The notes under the pieces are model-generated. The model was not told the DNA's origin. It did not search any database and was given only the letters and a program-made list of their open reading frames with translations. Of a stretch of DNA of 64,000 nucleotides, positions 26,651-37,275 are shown in pieces. A program made the position numbers and the translations under genes. Source of the DNA: Octopus sinensis (Eukaryota); NCBI RefSeq assembly GCF_006345805.1, contig NC_043020.1, forward strand, positions 5,332,001 through 5,396,000. The letters run 5' to 3'. The number at the start of each line of letters is the position of its first letter. Within the stretch, counting starts at the first letter, position 1.

Positions 26651-27077
26651 ATGTATATAAATATATATGTATATTTTATTTTATATATATATATAAATTA
26701 TAAACTTTATATATATATATATGATTTATATATATTGTGTGTGTATATATAATTTATATCTGTGTATATATATATTTTATATCTGTGTGTATATATATAT
26801 ATGTACAATATAATATTTTATATTTATATATACAGAACTATATATGTACAATATATATTTCATTATATATTTATACACACACACACACATTATATATATA
26901 TATATATGACAGACAGGTCACAGGTATATATACAAACATACAGTTACAGGCACACACACACACACACAATCCCCCCACCCCACTCCCCACACATGCAAAT
27001 AAATAATGATTCATTTCCTCTCTCTCTCGTTTGCAATCAACATAAATAACAGCGTTCGGTGTTGTCATGGTTATTAT

Positions 27078-27224
27078 TTACAGGCTGTTGATGTATCGTT
27101 GTATGACGCCTTCCGTGTTGTGCCAAATTCGGTGGAGTTCTTTGGAGAAGTTGTCCTCCCAGTCTTTGCGATATATCTGCTCCTTGTGTAGGAATTCCTT
27201 GATCTGGCTCTGGGAGACGCAGAA
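27078..27224 (-). CDS. CEP63: CEP63 terminal exon FCVSQSQIKEFLHKEQ...YINSL*
   Basis: tttcag acceptor; TAA at 27078-27080. Confidence 0.85.
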   Translation of the reverse strand, partial: FCVSQSQIKEFLHKEQIYRKDWEDNFSKELHRIWHNTEGVIQRYINSL

Positions 27225-30200
27225 CTGAAATGGAGAAGGGTTTTTTTTGAAGAATTAGATGCGGGGAGAGAGAGAGAGACTGAGTGTTTGTATGAGGGAG
27301 GTGGACAGAGGGAGGGAGTGAGTGAAGTGGGGAAACAAGTGTGTTTCTATGAGACAGAGAGAGATACTGTGTTTATGTGAATGTATGTCTGTGTGTGTGT
27401 GTGAGAGAGAGAGAAGGAGAGAGAGAGGGAAGGAGAGATGTGATGGCTGACGGTCAGTAAGGAGAGACACAAATAAGAAAGAAGAAAGCAAAGGACCACT
27501 GATGAGGTCACAGGAGTGTGACGAAAGAACTCTGGCCGAAATAAGATTAAGATTAATGTAAAAAAATAAATAACACTGAAGCAAAATAACACCAAGACCC
27601 CAGGATTTATTCATTGTAAGCCTAGTACTAATTCTGTCGGCCTCTTCGCTGAACCACTACATTACGGGGGACATAAACACACCAACACCGGTTGTGAGGT
27701 GATGGTATGGGATCAAACACGGACACAAAGACGCACACACACACATAGATACATACATATTTAAATCTCCGTCTAGCAAATCCACTCACAAGGATTTGGT
27801 CAGCTCAAGGTGCCACGCCGTGGGACTGAACCCGCAACCATGAGGTTGGGAAACAAACATCTTACCACACAGCCATGCCTGCACCAATCTATCTATGTAT
27901 ATATAATTTTATTGGTTGAGTCAGTGGAGAGAATAAAATCAATTCTAAGAAACATTATCATCATCATCATTGTTTGGCGTCTGCTTTCCATGCTGGGAGG
28001 CGGCACCAGACTCCAGTCTGATTTGGTAAGGTTTCTACAGCTGGGTGCCCTTCCTAATGTCAACCACCCCAAGAGTGTAGTGGGTGCTTTTTACGTGCCA
28101 CCAACATGGGGGCCAGTCAGGTGGCATTGGCATCATCCACACTCAAATGGTGCTTTTTATGTGCCACTGGCACAGGAGCCAGTCAGGCGGCACTGGCATC
28201 GAGCCAAAATTTTATTTAAAAAAAAAAGAAAAAAGAAAAAGGTTAAAATTCATGAGTGATGACTTACCACACTATCATTCGGTTTAGGCTCAATGCCTAT
28301 CGCATCAATCACATGTTGAAGGTTTGTTTGACTAGTTGAGTTTAGGGCACCGTTTAGGGCTGATAGTGATTGGTGGACTCTGTCCCCAACTTCTTTACTT
28401 AACCGAAGGTCGACATCATCTCTTTTGTTCTCCTTCTCCATCTCTTCTTCTAATTCTTTGTCATGTTCTTTTTCTTTCTCTTCTTCCACTTCTTCAACTT
28501 CCAATTCTTCTTCTTCTTCATCATCATCACCATCTTGTTCTTCTTTGTCTTCCGTTTCTGGGAAAAGTAGAGAGATTAAAAGCAAATTAAGATAAATATA
28601 TAAACATGAGCACTCAGAGAGTGCAAACTTCCGCCAAGGCAACACCAACGACCTATCAACGATTAACTGGAGATGATTTTTAAAATGAGAATATCTGAAA
28701 TAAACTCAACTGCTCTCTCAAACGAGAATACTAAAAATGAACCCGATCGCTCTAAAAAATTGAGTAAAAAAAACGGAAAAATAATCCAGAATCCTTATCC
28801 GGTACCTGATCAATTCCCATGGTAGTCATGGAATATGAGTGTGGCTGTAGAAAATTTAGTAACATTCATGTGTGTGTGTGTGTGTATGTGTGTGATGCAA
28901 AAATAAAAAAAGTACATGAAGACAATGTAAAAAACCAAAACAAACAAACAAGGTATATAAGGATGATGCTCAAAAGAATTGGAAGAACTCGATGTTTTGA
29001 GCCAATTCTCTTCTTCAGGAATGAAAGGATAGATGAAGAGAGAATCTTACCTTGATAAAATTCTTCCCTTGCTTGTCTGTTCTGTTGTTGATTTCCCAGT
29101 TGTAATTCTACTTTTGCTGTTTCCTCGTCAACGTCCCTGTAATTAATGCGGTGGAGCAAGAAAACAGAACTTTGCAAAATAGCTCAGCTAAACAAAAACA
29201 CAAAATATGATAAAAAAACAAAACAAACAAAATACCTTATTCAGATAATAAAATAAAAATAAATGCGCCCTTTTAAAGCCTAGCCAGGCTCATGGGCCCG
29301 GTTTCCTGGTTTCTATGGCCTACGTGTTCCCCAGCTGGACGGGACGCCAGTCCATCGCAGCGTTACTCATTTATGCCAGCTGAGTGGACTGGAGCAACGT
29401 GAAATGAAGTGTTTTGCTCAAGAACACAACGCGTCGCCCGGTCCAGGAATCGAAACCACAATCTTACGATCATGATGCTGACACCCTAACAGAAAACACT
29501 GATTACTGTACCGTAAGTAACCAGAATAGATCTGGTACATACTTAACTGGCATTCTGCCGGTTAGGACAACAAGGGTTCCAGTTGATTTGATCAACAGAA
29601 TAGCCTGCTCATGAAATTAATGTGAAAGTAGCTGAGAACTTAGTGTAAATCATGCAGGTGAAAGCATCAAAATTTACCAAAAGAAGTGATTCCAGTGCTT
29701 TTTTGTTTTTAAAGCCTAATACTTATTCCATTGGTCTGTTTTCCCAATCCACTAAGCTACAGGGACAAAAACAAACCAACACTGATTGTCAAGCGGTGGC
29801 AGGGAACAAACACAGACATGAAGGACTTCTTTCAGATTTTGGTCGACCTGAGGTTATAGTAGAAGATACTTGCCCAAGGTGCCACACAGAGATTGAACTT
29901 AGAACCATGTGGTTGGGAAGCAAACCTCTTATTAACCAGCCACACCTGTGCTTGCCTACCTACATACATACATACACACTGACACACACATACACATATA
30001 TGATGGGCTTTTGTCAGTTTCTGTTTACCAAATCCACTCACAAGGCTTTGGTTGGTCCGAAGCTATAGTAGATGACACTTGCCAAAGGTGCCATGCAGTG
30101 GAATTGAACCAGGAACCATGTGGTTGGTAAGCAAGCTACTTACCACACAGCCACTCCTGAGCCTATTGCTTACCATTTTACATTCTGTTAAATATTTCAA

Positions 30201-33200
30201 AAGTCAAAGAATTTGTCTATGCAGCCCTTTCAAAATCATAACCCATCCCTTAGGTTGGGACCCACCGTGCTAAAGGGATCAAAATATAAATGATTCTGCT
30301 TTCGTTACTTAACCCTTTAGTGTTCGCATTATTCTGCCAAAATCAATGCTTCTTCATCCACATTGTTTTGAACTAATCAGGCATTATCTTGTAGCTATGA
30401 GATTTTGATGAGGTAACTGTTAATTTTTAAAACGACATTGTAGGGTTGGTGTGAGAGACCAGATCTGGCCAGTTTGAACATAAAACAGGTAGAATATTTT
30501 TGGCCGGATATGGACGGTTTAAATGCTAAAGGGTTAAAGGAAAAAGCAGTAATGTTACCCACCTGGCCTGTGCCATCCAAACCTCATCAAAATTCTCTTC
30601 CACTTCATCAATCTCCAACTGCATTTTGGTTTTGTGGTTCTTCAGTTTTTCGGTTTGATCCGAGATTATTTTCCCCAAAACAACTTTCTCGGCCTAACAA
30701 GAAACAAAAATAAAAGAATAGATGCATACAACATATCAACATTCCCTTTTAACATCCAATTTTTAAAAAATGGCCCTGGGTGGAGACAATTGGGTTGAAA
30801 GGGCCCAAGTGGTGGAAGTATAAGACCAGCCAGCCAGCTCTGAGGAGCAGGGGCCATTTATCATCATCATCATCATCGTTTAATGACCGTTCTCCATGCT
30901 AGCATGGGTTGGACAGTTCGACCAGGGATCTGGGAAGCCAGAAGGCTGCACCAGGCCCCAGTCTGATCTGGCAGAGTTTCTACAGCTGGATTCCCTTTCT
31001 AATGCCAGTATCATCTCTTGGGAAAGGTAGGAGAGTCCAGTTTGCTGGACATTGTTGTAGAACTGAAAACGAGGTAATTTCTACTCTTCTCCTCTGGAAG
31101 CCATCTGCTCGCGATACCAGAGGGCGCACACTCTCCTACCCTGATGTAATCTCCAGGGATACAGGCATCCAGCAACAGGACCTCCGTAATGCTATGATGG
31201 ACCGTAAAGTCTGGCGTAGCATGGTAAATTCCATTGTCTCGACCACAGTCGAACAATGATGATGATGATGGGTACTTTTTACATACCACTGGCAGAAGAG
31301 CCAGTCAAGCGGGCCTGGCATTGATCGCATTCAGATAGTGCTTTTTATGCGCCACCGGCACAAAAGGCCAGTCAGGGGGCAGGGTTATGGTCTACAACAG
31401 AGACCGAGATTTTAGGAAGTTTTTACCCACCTTTAATAACTCTAACTGTTCTTTCAGACTAGAATACTCTTTCATATATTCTTTATGCTTGACCAGATCT
31501 TGATGAAGTTGCTGGTTCTCATTCTGTAGAGTTTCCAGCATCTCGTAGTCGTTCTGCAATTAAGAAACAAGAAATATATGAAACCAACCCGGATTTAGAA
31601 ATTATTTTTATCTGGAAAGAAAAAAAAAAAAATTTTGTGCTTAGAATCTCGGACATTGTTTGGTGTCCGTGTCGGTGACATGTAAAAGCACCAAGCGATT
31701 GTGGCCGTTTGTCAGCCTGCTCTGGCCCCTGTGCCGGTGGCACGTAAAAAGCACCCACTACACTCACGGAGTGGTTGGCGTTAGGAAGGGCATCCAGCCG
31801 TAGAAACACTGCCAGATAAGACTAGAGCCTAGAGCAGCCTCCATGGCTTCCCAGATCCCCGGTCGAACCGTCCAACCCATGCTAGCATGGAAAACAGATG
31901 TTAAATGATGATGATGATGATGATGGTGATGATGATGTTTATGTAAACTACCCAGGTACTAACTAGGTGCAGGAGTGGCTGTGTGGTAAGTAGTTTGCTT
32001 ACCAACCACATGGTTCCGGGTTCAGTCCCACTGCGTGGCATCTTGGGCAAGTGTCTTCAGCTATAGCCTCGGGCCGACCAATGCCTTGTGAGTGGAATTG
32101 GCAGACGGAAACTGAAAGAATCCTGTCGTATATATGTATATATATATATATATATGTGTGTATATATGTTTGTGTGTCTGTGTTTGTCTCCCCACCATCG
32201 CTTGACAACCGATGCTGGTGTGTTTACGTCCCCGTCACTTAGCGGTTCGGCAAAAAGAGACCGATAGAATAAGTACTGGGCTTACAAAGAATAAGTCCCG
32301 GGGTCGATTTGCTCGATTAAAGGCGGTGCTCCAGCATGGCCACAGTCAAATGACTGAAACAAGTAAAAGAGTAAGAGGTACATTTGCCACTAACCTTCAT
32401 TTGATGTGCTTGGTCTTCTTGGTACTGTTCGAGTTCGGACTGCAGGTTGGTGATGGTGGCCAGTTTCGTTTGCAGATCGGTCCTCAACGTAATTACGGCT
32501 CTCTTGAGGAGGTCATCGGATTTACCATAGTCACTGAAACGAAACCGCAATTCGCAGACGATTGAATGCAATCGTTTTAAAATCCAAGGAGATTAGTTGT
32601 GGTATTAACGACAGGGAGGAGATGACAAGGGTCTGGCAGTTTGGATTTGGTGATGCTGGAGATGATCATTTGGCATGGCTGGGTATTGAACCTCTCTTTT
32701 GGCACTGGAGGCAAACACACATACACCCACACACACATGAAGTGAAACATATATAGTGGGAGAGAGAGAGGACATTCTATTAATTGAACACAATTGACAG
32801 AAATGCTTTTCCTCTCTTCATATTTTCTTATTGCTCTATAAATTAATGGAAAATAACTCTACCTTCACCCATTGAGTACACTTGGTAATGTAATTGCCAT
32901 GCAATGAAAAAACACCTGTGTATTAATAATTGGGTATTCTACCGGCAGTATATTGGATAAATATTATCCCTTAGTTGGTTGGATTCAAAACCTCTAACTT
33001 TCTTGGAATATATATATATATAAATATATATATATATGGTAAGCTTCTTTCAATTACTGTCAACGAAATAAATTACAAAGCTTTAGTACAAAGACTTTCC
33101 CAAGGTGCTGTGCAGTGAGATTGAACCTGAGACCACTTGGTTTGGCAGCAAATCTCTTAACCACACAGCCATGCCAGCAACCTAAACGCAATTCCATATC

Positions 33201-36200
33201 AATCCCAATAATATTAGGCGCAGGAGTGGCTGTGTGGTAAGTAGCTTGTTTACCAACCACATGGTTCCGGGTTCAGTCCCACTGCGTGGCACCTTGGGCA
33301 AGTGTCTTCTACTATAGCCTCGGGCCGACCAAAGCCTTGTGAGTGGATTTGGTAGACGGAAACTGAAAGAAGCCCGTCGTATAAATGTGTATGTGTGTGT
33401 GTGTTTGTCCCCCTAGCATTGCTTGACAACCGATGCTGGTGTGTTAATGTCCCTGTAACTTAGCGGTTCGGCAAAAGAGACCGATAGAATAAGTACTGGG
33501 CTTACAAAAGAATAAGTCCTGGGGTCGAGTTGCTTGATTAAAGGCATGGCCGCAGTCAAATGACTGAAACAAGTAAAAGAGTACTTACATCAGATCATCA
33601 TTCTGCTGCTTAATCAAAAGCCGAAATTTATAAATTTCGTGTTCGCCTTCCTGCCGCTGTTTCTCGGATTCTTCAAGATTCATTGTGAGGCTCTCGTTTG
33701 CAGCTTCCAAATTCTGAAATCCAAACGGTAATATCTAGAATATTATCAGAAATATTAAATTTCTAAATATCTCATAGAGATATGTGTGGTGGTGGAGCGA
33801 TAGAGTGGTTGTATACTTATTTCTTTATTGCCCACAAGGGGCTAAACATAGAGGGGACAAACAAGGACAGACAAAGGGATTAAGTCGAATACATCGACCC
33901 CAGTGCGAAACTGGTACTTGATTTATCGACCCCGAAAGGATGAAAGGCAAAGTCGACCTCGGCGGAATTTGAACTCAGAATGTAACGGCTGACGGAATAC
34001 CTCTCAGCATTTCGCCCGGCGTGCTAACGTTTCTGCCAGCTCGCCGCCTTATATACTGTCAACTTAACGTGACAGTCCCATCTTCAGCTAGCAGGCCTTG
34101 CTACTCTAGACTGATGATGGGCAAGACCCAGAAACATGCATGTCTCTAGATGCAGGCCTAGCTGTTGGGGGTGTTTGTCTCCCCTTCGTAAATATATAAG
34201 GACACAGGAAATGTGTCAAGGCCGACAGGAAGCGTCGATGTTTCCTAGGGCTAAATAGCGGTGGTGTAATTCCCTTTATGGGGACTGTCACGTTAAGTTG
34301 ACAGTATACAACCACTCTATAATATTATCCTTTCTACTAAAAGCACAAAGCCTGAAATTTTTGGGGAAGGGACCAGTTGGTTACATCGACCCCCAGTGTT
34401 TCACTGGTACTTAATTTATTGACCCCCGAAAGGATGAAAGGCAAAGTTGACCTCACCAGAATATGAACTCGGAATATAATACATCTGATATAATAAATAT
34501 GGGCATATGGCATAGTGGTTAAGAGCACGGGCTACTAACCCCAAGATTCCGAGTTCAATTCCAGGCAGTGACCTGAATAATAATGATCTCGAAAAATACC
34601 TTAGGAATGAGAACCCAATGGTAAGTAGCTTGCTTACCAACCACATGGTTCCAGGTTCATTCCCACTGCGCAGCACCTTGGGCATGTGTCTTCTATTATA
34701 GCCTCGGGCCAACCAAAGCCTTGTGAGTGGATTTGGTAGACGGAAACTGAAAGAAGCCCGTCGTATATATGTATATATGAGTGTATATGGTTGTGTGTGC
34801 ATGTGTTTGTGTTTGTCCACCCCACCCTCCAAACATCACTTGACAACCGATAGAATAAGTACCAGGCGAACAAAGAATAAGTTAGTTAGTTAGTTAGTTA
34901 TTTTTTGGCTCAAAAAGCAAAAAGCAAGGCCATGTAGGGGGACATGGAGTTATGTACAGGGTGGTGTTCATGTAAAGAGTTCAGGCCACTCGAGGTCAAG
35001 GGAGACTTTGAACCGAGCGGCCGTCGGCATCTTCACCATCTCGTCTGGCAGCTTATTCCACGGATCCGCAACCCGGACAGAGAAAGCCCCCTCTCCTTCG
35101 ATTGAGATGAAATCGTCACAGATAGAGCTTTTCGGAATGACCCCGCAGCCGACGCTCTGGAGCAGGAGTGAAGAACAGCTCTTTGGGGTCGATTTGCTTG
35201 ACTAAAGGCGGTGCTCCAGCATGGCCACAGTCAAATGACTGAAACAAGTAAAAGAGTATATGTGTGTGTGTGTCCCCGTCCAATACTGTCATCGCATGAT
35301 GGTTGTAAAGGAGCGTTATTCGTCTCCAATATTCCGTGGAAAGCATGTCCGGTCATGTGGAAAATATTACCTTGTTTGGAAACAGGTGGGGGTTGGGTGA
35401 CAGGAGCGGCATCCTGTTGTTATCAAAGTAAGTTTAAAGGAAGATCTACCATTATGAAGGAGGAGGAGGAGGTGGTGGTGGTCATTATAGGAAGCAAAGT
35501 GATTTTTACCTCTCGTTTCCTTTGTAGAACTTTGCATTCAGATTCCATGGATTCAAATTGTCCCTGGAGGATGTCTTTTTCCTCTTGGACAGCTTTCAAT
35601 TGCTTCTCACATTCCTGTGGAAAATAATAATATCAAAATAACAATAATTATAGTAAGAATGGTTTCAAAGTTATTTTACTAAATTTTTGGTTAAATCTAA
35701 ATTAATTGAAAGAAACACAGAACATCTGAAAATAAATACGGTAACGAAAGGGTTAATCAATTTCATTGACCCTAGTACTTGACTTGTACTCTAATTTATT
35801 ACTGACCCTGGAAAGATAAAAGGGAGGACGTTACCTTTAGCCTTTCTGTAAGCTGCTGGATTCGCTGGTTCTTCTCGTCGTCCTGTCCATCTGCAGATTT
35901 GCTGCGTTTCTCCATGCTGTGCATCTTGCGCAAGAATGTTTTATGCAGCCGCTCATGTTCGGTTCTTAGAAGAGCTGCCTGGAATGGTAAAAAGCAAAGC
36001 AAAAACTCACTGAATAAATCAAAGAATGGTGAAGAACTGAATAATTTATCATCATCATCCTCATCATCGTTTAACGTCTGCTTTCCATGCTAGAAACCAG
36101 ACCAAATCAGACTGGAGACTGGTGCAGACCCTCAGCTTATCAGCTCTGGTCAAACTGTCTAACCAATGGAAAATGGACACTGATGATGACAGTGATGATT

Positions 36201-37001
36201 GGCTGGAGTTTGAGGAAACGGAATATTATTTATTCCGTTTGCAAAACAATGGGGACCAAACATCATCTTCATCATCGCTTTATATGCTGGCATAGGTTGG
36301 ACGGTGCAACTGGGGTCTGGGAAGCCAGAAGGCTGCACCAGGCCCAGTCTAATCTGGTAGTGTTTCTACGGCTGTATGCCCTTCTTAACGCCAACCACTC
36401 CATGAGTGTAGTGGGTGCTTTTTACGTGCCACCGGCACAGGTACCAGACGAGGCTGGCAAACGGCCATGATCGGATGGTGCTAATGATAAAAAAACAGAA
36501 AATTAAATCCAAAGAATTCGACCAAATTGGTTTACCTTTGACTTGAGATTTGTCACTTGCGTCTCATGTATCTCTTCTGCTTTCTGTTTCTCTGCTGTGA
36601 GCCATTCAACCTGGGACTGCAGTGCCAGGATCTGTCAAAGAGAATTTAACCCTTTAGCATTCAGATTATTCTGTGAAATGTATTGCTTATTTATTCGCAT
36701 TGTTTTGAATCGATCAGGTATTATCTTGTAGCTTCGAGATTTTGGTGATGTACTCTCTCTTTACTCTTTCACTTGTTTCAGTCATTTGACTGTGGCCATG
36801 CTGGAGCACCGCCTTTAGTCGAGCAAATCAACCCCGGGACTTATTCTTTGTAAGCCTAGTACTTATTCTATCGGTCTCTTTTGCCGAACTGCTAAGCTAC
36901 GGGGACATAAACACACCAGCATCGGTTATCAAGTGATGTTGGGAGGACATCCAGCGGTGCTCCAGCATGGCCACAGTCAAATGACTAAAACAAGTAAAAG
37001 A

Positions 37002-37039
<38 letters not shown>

Positions 37040-37238
37040 AATCCAAACATGAAAACACGATAACGTGAGGACGTGGAACAAATATAGTATTATTGAATGC
37101 TCAGGAAGGAAGGGAAGAAGGAGGGTTTAACGTTTCGAGCACAGCTCTTTGTCAGAAACATAGGAAAAGGAAAAATCTAAAGAAGAGAAGACAGACGAAA
37201 AAAATTTCGCCAACAGTACACATGCAGTCACATTTTGA

Positions 37239-37275
<37 letters not shown>

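Noticed and set aside
33216-33290. tRNA-like sequences with A/B boxes (also 7126, 20615, 34500-34575, 52865)
   Set aside because: SINE heads continuing into SINE bodies; no clean cloverleaf or terminator.
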